From the NCBI GenBank assembly GCA_036172245.1, contig JAYWIR010000007.1, forward strand, positions 4,712,001-4,776,000: DNA of 64,000 bases, read 5' to 3'. Positions 26,499 to 39,040 of the stretch are shown one piece after another. A program made the translations under genes and the position numbers. Within the stretch, counting starts at the first letter, position 1; each line of letters starts with the position of its first letter. A model generated the notes under the pieces. That model was not told the DNA's origin, did no database searches, and worked only from the letters and a program-made list of their open reading frames with translations. Origin of the DNA: Raillietiella orientalis. Lineage: Eukaryota.

Positions 26499-28176
26499 GA
26501 AACAGTGGGGATGTTGACACTCCTTTTCCGCACCTACTGTTTGTTCCCGATTGTACAATTCAGTACATGTGTCCGCCTGCTGCATACTTTATACCTTACC
26601 AATGTGCCTTCTGGGGAACCTCCAGTTCTTCATAAAAGTTTTCTCGTTATCTTGGTCTCTCAATTGTAATCCCATAACAAAGTTTTCACTGATTCACGTG
26701 CATTCTGATGCTGGATGGAATTCTGCTCCTTACTCTGCATCAGTTGAACAGGCAGTTTTCCATGTTGCGTGCTAGACAGGGAGGGGAGTGGGGTGGGTAA
26801 CTGTGCACTGGAGATGAGCAGATGTGTTCTCGAGAAGTCTAAAAATATCGAAGTGAGCGTAGGCACTTCCGTGATTCGTGTTCTCTTGTGAACACATGAA
26901 CGTGAATAATGTATTACTGCATAAGAATTGGTAGTCTGAATACCTGGAATCAGCCGAGACCAAGATAATGGATGCAAAGGCAAAACAGAAACAAATGAAC
27001 ATGCAATCCAGGGATATCGCATAGGATGTGCAAATATTGTGAACGTGGTGGCTGGAAAGTGCATTTGGGGAAATTTCCAAGTATCCGTAAGTGACCTTAC
27101 TAATCGTGTTGATCTGAATCGATAAGCATGAGGAATTAACCATCGAGAAAGCGGACAACATGAAGAGTGCTCTGAATTCTCAAGTTGAGCGTGGAAGAAC
27201 ACAATGTGGCTGTACTGGAATCACAGAGACGGGGAGGGAGATTTTCATTTCCAGCAAATACATCGGAGAATCAGATCAGACAGCCGCAAAATTAAATACG
27301 CATTTGTTTTATGATGAAACCAACTCATCAACCTGATCACGGCATTCAGGTAACATTGAAGACCAACTTGAACTTTGGCATCGCTTGTGTAAAATTTCGC
27401 TCCTTTGAAACAGAGCTTCAGTTTGAAGTGCCGATGAAAACTAACTGAAACCGAGCGATCCAAATGACGCACACTCCCAATACTTCGATCCCATCTCCTC
27501 CCTCCACATTCTATCCTAGACACTTACTGGTGCGATCAAAGAGGATCGCAAGGCTCCGGAATACACGATACCATGGTACACGTGTGCACGGCATCAGCTC
27601 ATTCAAAGTATTACTTTTCCAATGAATCACTAAACGAACTCTTGCGAAGGTCTTCATTTCACCGTGATCCATCCTTTTGGGATTATTGTTTGTAGAAAAT
27701 GTAAAATAAGAAGAGAAAAAACAGACGATGGTGGAAAAACTCTATCCCTCACTTGTCTGCATCTCCCCCCCCCCTTTTTTTTTTTTTACATTACCATCTG
27801 TTTATTTGGAGGATAGTGCTCTTGGTACTTTCTCTCTCTCTCTCTTTATATATATACATATATATATATGTATATATATATCAAGCACACTTTTTTGGAT
27901 AAAATAGAAAATTGTTCTCTGAAGCTCCTTTCAAGTGTTCAATAACAGGTACGTGTAACTTGCAAAAGGCCATATATCGTCGTCTTATTAAGCAGCAGCC
28001 CAATGTTTTGAAATTGCTCCGAGTACCAGTCTATGTTTGAACTCAAACATACAACTCTCCCCCCCTCCCCAAATTGCAACCATTTATGTTTTCACGATTT
28101 TACCTTAAACAGAAGGATCTATCACTTATTCATACCTTTATTTCACACATGGTTTTCAAAGCTTTTGCGCATACAA

Positions 28177-31100
28177 TCAATATGCATTGTTATGGAATTC
28201 CTTGATGCAAAGATGGCAACTCCAACTACCTTCTGGAGGCGATGTTAATGGAGGATCCAAACAATACATGTGGTAACCACGATCACAATCATCACAAAAA
28301 AGTAACTGATCCTGAAAGCAAAAAAAGAGAAAAACAAAATTTTTCCTGGAAACTTCAGGTGCATTGCATACATCGTTATCTGAGTTGCCACATATAGTGC
28401 AGCATTTACACTCAATACACTGCCAGTGGTATCTTTTCACTGAAATGATCATGTTTGCTGTGAACTGTAAACAGCTAGGATGGCCAGATCGTCCACAATC
28501 AGAACAAGATACAAGTTCTTCAGCTTTTCCGGTTTTTCTGTTTTGTTCCACATTTCCCAAGCAGAAATCACAATAAGGTGAAGGTACTGTTTTTTCTACA
28601 AGTGGTGCAGATGAATGAGTTTCATCAGGGAATTCGGATGCGAATTTTTCTGATTCACTTTTATCTTCACTTGGTTTTTGCTGTGGCTTCCCTAAATAGT
28701 TTGATGTTTCAATAAGGATCAGTTCATAAAATAAAACACAGCTAATGCATGCAAATCAAAGATAGCATCCATAAACAGAAGGGAAATAACAAAGAAATAT
28801 TTGAAAAAAACACAATCATGTGTGTTTCACAAAGGGAAACAAGTCAGCAATTTCACAGACCTGCCAAAGCATCAGTATTGCTGGGGGCTGGAAGTGAAAA
28901 ACTAGATGATGAATCCTGGCTGAACTTTGGACTAAATGATGCCAATTCCTCCTCTGTCTCTTCAAGGTGAGAGGCTCCAAGTCTTGCCTTGTGAGTATGA
29001 GTGTAATGGTATGAAAGTCCTGGTCGTGTTTTGTACCTTACTCCACAGTCTACAACAAATAAGAATCCGACAGTCCCCAAAATTCAGAACACTTACAGTC
29101 ACAAACGTAAGGTTTCTCACAATCATCCTTTGGCTCTAGAGAGGGCACTGTTTTTTTTCTGCCACGACCTAGTCCTGCCTAAACAACCTTAAGAATTGGA
29201 CAGAAAGAATGCTGTCAACCTTATTAATATTTTTTGTACTTCTTTTTTTCTTCCTTTTCATGTAAGCCTCTTCATAATCATAATCAGAATCAGCATCAAG
29301 ATCTTCATATTCTCCAGTTTCTTGATATTCCAATTCATCATAGTACCAAGTCTCCTAGAATGCATTCATGTTTAATTTAAATTCTTAAGACGAATGACCG
29401 AATTTGCAAAAAATTAAAAAGCAAACTATGAAATGATTCAAACAGCTAACATGATGTGCCATAAATGAGAGAACGTTGTTCTCAAATGATGAACACATGA
29501 AAACTGTAACACCATCTTTCTCCATCTACCTTAAAAGGAATCTTTTAATATAAAAATTCTGTTTGAATTTTTCATCTTAAATCTTTAAAATTACTTTTTA
29601 AACAATGAAGAACACCGACTCATTACCCTGGTGCATTTTTTGATTTGTAAAAAAAGATCTTACATGAAAACCTCACTGCTAGAAGCTTTTACATTATGAA
29701 ACACTTGCAAGCATTCTAACCACGGGGATTTAGACTCTGTATTTTTAATTGTGCACATTCTCAGAGCTACTTCTGTTACAGTGAAGAACAGATAACAGTA
29801 TTTTGTTTGCATGAAAAAACTCGTCCAGAAAAACATAAATTACACATTACAGGATCATGCATCTAAAGACAATGAATCACAATTCAAATGGCTGCAGATG
29901 GCTGTTCAGAACCAGTACAAAAATCACATTCTAACACTTGGCTTTGGTTTTCCAGTTAAAACAGCAATTAGTTCCTATTAGTTCCTAATTTTCAGCACCA
30001 AAGGATCAAAAACAAATTCCTTGGACGCAATGCATGATTTCAACTACGCTTAAAAGCTATGCCATACAGAAACAGTCTGAGCAGATCCAAAGCTCATTCT
30101 GGAGGGCATTAACCAGATGAAAAAACAAAAAAAAATCAACACATTGATAATTCATCACCATCCATGTATCATTCTAGAATTAATTCAAAATACGTGTGCA
30201 TACTTGATGTAGTTTTAATTCAAAACCTCATGATCTATTGCCTACTGATATGTTGTAACCTTTATTCTAAAGAGCGGTCTAATTGAAATCTTTTTAGATA
30301 GAATACAATGAACACATTTGTTATAGAATTCTGGACAGACAGAAATTAATACTGAATTAAATTTTGCAAAGGTTGCAAAATTGAAATTCAAAGTACTATA
30401 CCGAACATGAAACATGACAAACATAAAATGCGAAATTCAGCATTCTCTAATGAAAGAATATGTCCGCCATACAAGAAACAAACTTGTGAATAATCCATTC
30501 TCATCACTTTCTATTCATTAATCTATGAAACTTAGTTAAACATTAGTTCTCATTTTTTTGAAAGATCAGCTTTGGTGATAATGAAAAAAAACGATACAAA
30601 ATACATGCACTTCAATAATGCAATTTAAAAACTAAAAAACATTAAAGAAAGTTGCCTTAGCCGTTTCCTCTTTCAATGCTCCATCTTTACTATCTTCGTT
30701 GGCAATGACAAAGTCATTGGTTACAGCAGCATCAGCTAAAACTAATCGCAGTCAGGGATAATTAAGTCCACAATATAATACCATCTTCCTCAATATCCTT
30801 AACAGACTTCTGCGCAATGTAGCTCACAAGATAGCTACGCTTTCTTTTTTTCCATCGCTTCGCCGGGTAACTGTACACCTGACCATGCTTTAAACCAGGC
30901 ATTCTAGATCTCTTTTGCATCCATAGAAAACAATGATTTTGCGCAACTCCTTCGAAAATAACTGGGTTATACTGCTTGGAAAAAATTTCTTACCAGTCTG
31001 TGAGTCCAAAAATGGTAATCGTGTGCTTTTTTCGATTTTTAATCTCACATTGTAGTTTGCTGCACTCTCACTATGTTCTTTGAAGGATGGATCATACAGA

Positions 31101-31203
31101 AACCTACATTTTCGCCAAAAAAATTGTGAACACAAAAAAACACCGAAATTCTTACTTACTTCTGAATTATCTGAAAGGAATCTACAGGATTCGTTTCACC
31201 CAT
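28177..31203 (-). CDS. d4: d4/DPF (Requiem/ubi-d4) double-PHD finger BAF complex subunit (~420 aa, 9 coding exons)
   Basis: Exons (minus) 31203-31160, 31103-30994, 30949-30782, 30735-30656, 29354-29220, 29178-29097, 29049-28861, 28691-28372, 28311-28177; total 1263 nt. Requiem N domain ([33 protein letters not shown]), C2H2 finger ([26 protein letters not shown]), tandem PHD ([54 protein letters not shown]). One donor appears to be GC. Confidence 0.95.
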
Positions 31204-32937
31204 TCCAAATGCTAGGAGACTATTTCATCCAAGCTTCCCATTCACGATTACAACTTGTTTATGGAAATCGCTAACGAGCTGGTACATAGGGGTTGCCAAC
31301 ACCATGCAATTTGTTGCTTAAGCGATAAAATTACATTTGTTAGTAGAACTTATTGCAAAATTCCACGCTTTACTAACTATTTCAAAATCTAATTTCTGCA
31401 ATTCATAAGGATCCATCCATTTCCTAAAAATCGAAAATATCCATGGCACCAAAATCACAATCGATTACGTTGTATCCTTCTAATGTTTTATGGGTACTGA
31501 TTTTCTCAGCTCATTAAGCTAAATCAAAATCCTTTTGCTGTGACCTTTTGCTATCAAAAATAAGAACCTCGATTTTTATACAAGATTCCCTGATGTGTTT
31601 CCACTGATATTCAATAACCACACAATAAATTATACTGAAAGGAAATAACAGCAAAAATAAAACCTTTGATACTTTAAGACTACAAAAGAATACCATTGTC
31701 AAAAATAATATCGGGAAAAATATACTACTACAGCAATAGATGCTGATTTAGAATTGTAATTAGAACTATACCAGCAAAGTCATCAACATTATGACAACTG
31801 ACGTATTTGTCATAGGTTAGTTTCTGACTATCTTAATCACTAATAATTAAAGTTGACTGCTTATGGAATCCATGATTGAATATTTATCTGTGAACTGAAA
31901 ACTTCATTAGAAGTACGTAAAGTTTCACATTCATTCGTTTCCCTGCTGCTTTAACATTCATTGTGCTTTCATTCCCTGTAATCTCGGACTCTGCACATAT
32001 TTTGTATCTACCTATCTAAGAGTAACACACTAAGTCTGGTAGGAAAGATCGTACTGTTTACAACAGAGTAGCAAGAATAGCTTAGGTATTCAAATTTTCA
32101 GCTTCGAAAAGCGTCAACCTTTAAGAATTTTTAATAAGAAGTTCTTGATGTGAAGGAATTAATTCTTAATGTGAAGACTGAAGGAAGCTCTCCAATCTAT
32201 CTGCATAAATAAAGAAAAAAAAATTGAGAGAAAAACAAGTTGTCGAAGACTAAAGTAATAAAAATCTAAAGTAACAGATTTTACATTCAGTGAATGTCAC
32301 TTTCTAGAAATTTCATGAAATTAGCTTCACTCTGAGCTCCTGCTGCTTTTCTCGAAAGAGATGCAACTAATCGGTCACAAGTATCCATTGAGAACTTGAG
32401 AAAATGCTTACATATTCAATAAAACATGTACTGTAACAGATATGGTTCGTCTTAAGTACCCAACTGCAAAGTTTCCTGACAAGGTAATATGTAGCTGAGA
32501 TTCCTCAAATTTTCAAAGACATGGGCACTTCCTAGTTTGTTTTCGATGTGCGTGGTAATCACCACGGACTTGAAAACACAGCAAGGCCAGTTCGCTGGTC
32601 TCCAGACTCCTAGCTCGAGCCCCTTGGCATTATGAATGATCCTTAAAGTATTCTGTGGAATCCAGAACATCACTTTAAGGTAAACGGCATCGTCGGTCAT
32701 CTGAGTGTGCCCTCAAAGGAGTGTGTACAATGGCGTGCCATTGAATTCATTCACCGAAACCCCGTATTCTCATGCATAATACTGTAGGCATAGCATTCCC
32801 CCGAAAATGCAAATCTGTATAGAAATTTGGTTACTTGGGACAGCCTGTGCTTGATGGTGAACACACACAATAAAATATGGGTCCGAATAATGAAGATCTA
32901 AAATAAACGCTTTTAATCGGCGCGGGTAGCAGCTTAC

Positions 32938-33130
32938 AAATACGGAAAAGAGTTTTGTCGATAACTGTTTTCTGTCGATCTTTTTAAATGTTTAATCGTT
33001 AATACTTGTAGACATTCAGCCAGCTGGAACAGTCTCATTTAAAGGTTTGCTATTCTGTCTGCGGAAGTCGGTGCAAATCTCAAAGCAGACAGTGACAAAG
33101 ACGTCGGTTGAGTACTGCGTACACTCAAGT
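32938..33130 (-). promoter_or_regulatory. Putative d4 promoter / non-coding first exon
   Basis: Local CpG-rich patch in AT-rich DNA, ETS-like CGGAAGT at 33062-33068, minus-strand GTAAGC donor at ~32937 and an acceptor just before the ATG exon (~31212). Inferred. Confidence 0.35.
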
Positions 33131-33849
33131 ACTCTGACATTAAGTACAGTTTTTCCAGAGCAAGAATTTTTTTTTTTTTACAAACCTCACGCTTGGCATT
33201 TCAGAGAACAGAAGAGTGTCTGAAAGTGTCCGTGTTTGTAAGTGGGCGAGGAACAAATACGAAAAGCAACTTTCGAAATGAGTATCGACAGGAGCTGGGA
33301 ATGGAAAACGAAAAGGACTTTGAGCTTTGGGAATTCAGCTTTGAATTATGCCTGAGCGTTTTTCAGGTGGTGCTCGAAGTGTACGCTTAAATTTCACAAA
33401 CACTGACTGCGATGCAAATGTTTCTGCAACTGCAGGCTCAGTAAGCATGTAAGGAACCCCTTTTTTGTTTCGAGAGCAATAAGCAGAGGTTGATCGAAAC
33501 AGTCTGTGATGAGGTAACGGCATACTTCCTTACTCCTGAACTTTACAGTCAACGAATGCCCGAAGGGACTTTTTCATCATTTTCGTGTGATGGTGCACCA
33601 AATCGCATACTGCAGAAAGTGCAAAAGTCCTTCGTTTAACATGGATCTCGAGTTCTTAAGTGAGAGTTCCTACTCAGAAATGATTTCCTTAGGAAGTGGA
33701 GTTGCTCCACTGTGGGCATTCCTCGCTGAACCAAAGAAAGAGGGGAAAAAGCGTGCAGAGTTCAACGGTAAGTTCAAAAAATCAAAACGAAACAACGTGC
33801 ACAGCTCGTCCCCGAATGAGGTCCCTGAAAACTGAAGTCACTTCCGACT

Positions 33850-34520
33850 ATATTTTCTCGAGTCTTTCTAGCGACCGAGAAAATGGTACAAGGGTCCGTT
33901 TTTCCCCCTTCGATGGACAGAAGAAGATCCGCGTCGCTACGGGTTGCCTAGGTTTCACCGTGAGGACCGCTCGCGTTCGTTCAGTTAGCTGGACGACTAT
34001 AGAGAATCGGTTTTTGCAGTTTGAGAAGGAGCGGAGGTGTTCCCATCTTGATCTGCTTCTGGCCACATACAGTCTTCATTCGGAGATTTCCGGAATTCTC
34101 TGGGACATCAGGGTTCACGGCATCTTTGCTCCTCCGTTTATGGGTCAAGGCCAAACGAATTCCTAGACGGTTGCTGGCAAGACTTGAGCTTCTCCCCAAA
34201 AAAGGCAGTAACTCCAGATAGAGAGACCTCCACCCCGCACTCAGTGCTTCGTCCATGGTGAAGCTCTCTAACGTTGCTGTTGGAAGCAGCTAGGAGACGC
34301 ACAGGGGATCGATCTCGCCCGTGGGCACTGAAGTGGGATGCAATGCTGCCAAGCATCTTAAATTATTGTACGTGTGGAGCTTTCAGTTGTATTACTGGAA
34401 GGCCCAGCACCTCGATCGACTAATCAAGAAATGGCTACGTGGGGACCTGGTCGGCAAACCGAGGTGTGCCCTGAACGAAGCCACCGGCGCGCGACCTGAC
34501 CTCGTCCCCAGGAGGGGAAT
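33850..34520 (+). mobile_element. Possible older non-LTR retrotransposon relic
   Basis: GC-richer block with KLLYVWSFQ..QHLDRLIKKWLRG resembling the post-RT thumb region. Weak. Confidence 0.2.
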
Positions 34521-36599
34521 GGCATCACATTCAACGTGTTCTGCGTGTCCCCCTCAACCCTTTTGCTCACAGCAAAAGTGTTCAAGAAAGCACGCGGAGG
34601 AAGAGGAAAATACAAGAACCACGGTCTCCCCCTTTCGCTTACGGGAGGGGCCCAAGTGGTCAGTTGGCGCGATCATCCGTCGGCCCGTGAGCGTCCCGGT
34701 CCCCAAGAAGTTCTGACGAGGTTCTGCATGCCCTGGGAAAGGAACTCACGCGACCACTGCTTGTCTGAGGAAAAGGAGGGATCGCATCAAGAAAAGGAGA
34801 GGGTGGAATATCCTTACACCCTTGGCCTTTGGAGTGCTATGGACGCATATATGCGTTTGGCAAATGTTTTCACCTTATGCTCTCGAAGAAGTTAACACTA
34901 TCCATGTTTGAGATGGACACATACACTTTTATGTTCTTGTAATTCCTTAGCAACGGCAGCAAAAAAAATTCTGCTTATATCGGCTAACGATTCTCATTTT
35001 TTCAGAGAGTCACTTTTCTGTGTAACTAAAATAAATAAACAATAAATAAAGGTGTAGGTAAACAGTCATCATAGGAACTTTGATCAGCAAGAAGCATAGT
35101 CAATCGGTGCCTCGACAGAGTATACGGCACGCGAAAAAGCATTCCTTCCACAGAGATTCGCGTGTCTCGCATGTTTAAATCTGATGAGCTCCGCACCCAA
35201 AAGGTGAACCATCCTCTTAAGCATCTCAATTAATGGTAAAAAGTATATGTATACGTTTGCAATGTATGTTTTTGCCCAGTTTGCGAGTGGGGAACGCGAG
35301 GAAAGGGTGAGACAGAACAGTGTAGGATGAATACCCTGCTTCATCAATGCCGGTGTCTGAGAGGCTCAAGCAGTCGTCCGAGCAACGATGCACCTTATCA
35401 ACGGTATTGCACGAAGGTGAGCAAGCAAACGTCAGGAGAGGGAAATCCCCTCTACCTGGCGATCCGCGAGCAGCGGCCCATGGAATCAGAGGCTCCTTCT
35501 CCAGGAACCACACAGAGTGCCAGCCGAAAAAGCTTGAATCACGGACATTCAAGAGGTCATTTCTGCCGTATGAGAAAAGAAAAAGAAGAAGGAAAACCAT
35601 GCCGTCAATGAAAGTCGGTGTTGAAAACGGCGATGCGGCCAAGCAGGAGTTACAAACCGAAGTCCGCAAAGCAGAAGAAGACGCGGTGGAGCACTAAGGA
35701 ATGTGTGCGGTGGCCCTGGAACAGGCAGGGCGCCAGGAACGGCTCCTTCAGGAGGAACCCATTTTTCTGGCACTGAAAAACGCTGGCGTGTCGAGCTCTG
35801 TGCTGCCCGGGGCAGCAGAATCGAGTTCCAATCCGCAGCCAGTTGCTCTGTAGTACACGATGGGATGCTTAATTAAAACCATCTTTGTGACGATCTAGGC
35901 ACATATTGCGGTGTCATGTTTACTGCTTCATGCTGTGAGCGAATTCACGAGTGCATGTCCCTTCTTCATCGTTGCAGCAGGAATTCTGATGCTGCTGGTC
36001 GGAGCGTTGCCGATTCATCCATGCAAAGAGATCCCTGTGATGGAATCCTCCAGCTGCTTAGCTGCTGATGTCTCAAAATGAAGGATCGCCTGCGATCCTC
36101 CATCCTGCACGTGAAGGCACTCACGCATGCTCAAGAGGTCATCGGCGCGTTGGCTTTTTTCCCTTCTACGCTTGCTGGAAGTGGAGTTCGGCCTTGCAGT
36201 CCCAGTGGTCATACCAGAATTCTTAAAAGAGAATTTCAGCTCTTGGAGAGGGGTTCTCTAGAGAAAGGAAACAAGCGAATTCCTCCTCAAAACTGCAGAG
36301 AAATCGATGTTAGTCCTTTTTTTCCACTTGTAGCTGTACCGAAACGGAGTCACGAGTGTGCTGCCAAATGTGTGCCTCTACCCCCCAGAATGCAAAACCG
36401 CGGACAAGTTCCGCAGAGGGTCCGGGTTTGCCGAGGCAGCACTCTCGGCAGACATGGAAGCGTTTTTTTCTTTCTTTCTTTTCTTTGTTTCCGATGCAAA
36501 AATTAGGTCTGTTGAGAGCATCGCACTCCTGAAACCGAAAACACAGCCACGTTCGCTTAGGAGAGGGGAGAATCGGATCGGAGGAGGCCTTTGCTGGAA

Positions 36600-38260
36600 G
36601 CCCACTGATGTGGTCGTGTGTGGACGAGTGAAGATCTCGTACCTATTGCCTTGTCAGAGTATCAAGATGCCATGTTGCCCCGACAGCTGGTCCTTCGCTT
36701 GCTTCCACCGTGCAACCGCTCGAGATGTATCCGAAGCGAACTCCTTGGGGTCACCACGAAATCAAAATGAGAACGCGCAGACGGGTATTCGGGTGTGGTG
36801 GATCGCTTTATTGCTGTGCCACGCTGCTCGCACGCCTGCAGGCAGATCGACCCGCCAAGAGACCTGTGAACACTGGCACGATGTTGTACCAGCCTACGTT
36901 CTGTGAAGACTGCACGCTGGAGCCCCCCATGGAAACCTAGCCCTGAAAACTACCGGCGCCAGGCGATATTCCACCAAGGTGCACCTGGGAAACGAATTTG
37001 GTACCTGCTCTGCGGACACGAGACGACGCATTCGCATTCCATCTCATCCTCTGGAGCGCTTTTCGAATTTTGGGTGTCTGCTGGCAAGGCCATGTCGAAA
37101 TGACCCCCCTCCCCGACGTGCCCCGCCATCGCAGCGAAGTCGTGGAGCACCTCTTGGTGCGTTCCGGCCCGCCTCCTCGCCAGGCGTGTGTCCCGGTGCG
37201 AAGGACTCGCGTGTTTTCTTCTGTGCCCTGGCCGGAAGATCAGAAGATGCGGCCTACTGCTCGGGCGCATGGCAACCCTGGCGAAGGAGAACAGCTGGAT
37301 GGTTTGCAGCCTCGCCAACTCCTCCGCCTGGCTGGAGGAGACTGCTGGCACCTGGGCTAAGCAAAACCAGAGGAGTGAAGATCCCATGAATTGCCTGCGT
37401 GTCGGCCCATACGCCCGCCGCACCCTGCGGGAAATACTTGAATTTCCCGCGAGTTGCACGTGGGCGGAGACGACCCCCCTTGCTACGGCGATGCCCTTCC
37501 TGAGGAGGGCGCTTCACGGCAGCCGGACGCCGAGGTGGCAAGTCTCCTGCCGGATCGCAGGCAGGGAGAAGTTGATCAGCGGCTGGACTACTGGAGAACT
37601 GGAAGACGCCACGACCCCGAGCGTCCAGCCGAGAGGACTTTTGCGATGGGGCGAGCTGCTCGCCATCCCCATGGATGTGCTGAAGTGGCCCCCGCTGCTG
37701 AAAGAATCCAGGATAATGCCCCTTAAGTGGCAAGAGTCGGCGTTGCTGCTGTTGCACTGGGGTTTACCCTGCAACGCACGCCGCTTCCACTGGACAAGGG
37801 GAGCTGTCGATCCTGAGTGTGCCAGGTGCGGGGAGCGGGAATCGCTCCCCCACCTTCTTGTGGACTGTGCTGCCCTCCGACCCCTATGGGAACGGTTCGG
37901 GGCGACCCTCGGGCTCTCTACGGGCAGTACCCCCAGAGACGTTCTCCGGCTCCTCTTCGTGAAGGACTCCCTGCAGCCAGCCGCAGCCCTCGCAGCCCTG
38001 TGCTGCGTCCGAGGCATCGTGGCGGCCTGGAGCAATACCCGCGACGAAGGAGTGAATCCAAACGCGAGGGCTGTCATCCCATATGCGCAACGCTTCATGC
38101 GGAGAGCTACAGGATGGCCCCAGCTGGGTGGAATTCGGATGGACCTCGAGGGCATCCTGCGAAGGATGGGTCCTCCTCCCAGTGGACAGTGATCCTTTCC
38201 CCTCCCACCAAACTCTTTTTGTTTTTTATTTACTTTTAATTTTCTTTTTGTTTTCTCCCC
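36600..38260 (+). mobile_element. 5'-truncated, degenerate Tx1/L1-clade non-LTR retrotransposon (RT end, thumb, C-terminal zf-RVT CCHC)
   Basis: Degenerate YADD (tgc ccc gac agc, 36676-36687), then HWHDVV/TARW..KRIWYLL..GALFEFWVSAGK (Tx1-like thumb). Open frame 37104-38192 ends in LLLHWGLPCNARRF..CARCGERESLPHLLVDC..LW (zf-RVT C-x2-C-x8-H-x4-C), followed by a pyrimidine-rich 3' UTR. Confidence 0.8.
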
Positions 38261-38699
38261 CATCCCCCTCCACTGCCGAGGAGCGTCACGCCAGGCTGCG
38301 TCCCGGCAGGTCCGGTGTTGTGTGGCCGTTAGTGGGGCCTTATACCACGTTTTTGTAGAGTTTTTCAAAGAAACGCCCCGGGCGTACCCGGGTGGCAACC
38401 TCCGACGTGCCCCTCCTTGCGGGCTCGAAAGCAAACTAAAACGAGCAAAATACGGTCTTCTCCTACATGGAATCAAACCATGCTGATGCACGGAGGCTGC
38501 ACTGCAACGGAAAGGCTTCACCGGAAGCCCTGCTCTCACCCGCCCGCCGCTTTTCCGGAGCGGACAACGCTGGCGATGTTTACCGTAAACGTCGGAACAC
38601 CTGAACACCGGGGAAGAAAAGGACCTGCTTCGTTACATTACAACCGGGTTTGTACTTGCCTCTACGTGACAGTCTACGTACAAACGACGTACTAGCATT

Positions 38700-38732
38700 T
38701 ACTTTTTTTTTTTTTTTTTTTCATTTATTTCG
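38700..38732 (-). terminator. Candidate Dicer-1 polyadenylation signal
   Basis: Minus-strand AATAAA (plus TTTATT ~38725-38730) about 310 nt past the stop codon, followed immediately by a genomic A-run (risk of internal-priming artefact in 3'-end data). Confidence 0.45.
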
Positions 38733-39040
38733 ATCACATAAATTAGGAAATGGTACATATCACATTCAGGAAAAATTTACATCAGCTGGTAAAATCGGGA
38801 TGTTAAATCGCAATCCCGATTCGGGCTTGCCGTGCGGTTTGAACTGCAAGCTACGGCTGGAGGTGAAGAGCACGTGCCGCAGGGATCACACTTCTTCACA
38901 CAGAGTCTGTAGGCGACCACGTGGGGTGAGGCCACTGTGCCCGCACCAACCCGTGTCGTGTGAGCACACTTCCTTTCATTGTGTACCCTTTGATCGTCCG
39001 CAGCTAATACCGCTCGTAGAACAAAAAGAAACATCGGCGC

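Noticed and set aside
25555..27202. 224-aa and 180-aa ORFs; KLPNPTETRMW faintly hAT-like
   Set aside because: Single weak motif surrounded by stops; insufficient evidence
33505..33545. GTGATGA...CTTCCTTACTC-CTGA resembling a box C/D guide against U12 snRNA
   Set aside because: No terminal D box or stem at a suitable distance; short match likely chance
35181..35215. CTGATGA hammerhead-like core
   Set aside because: No stem II-GAAA or compatible stems I/III
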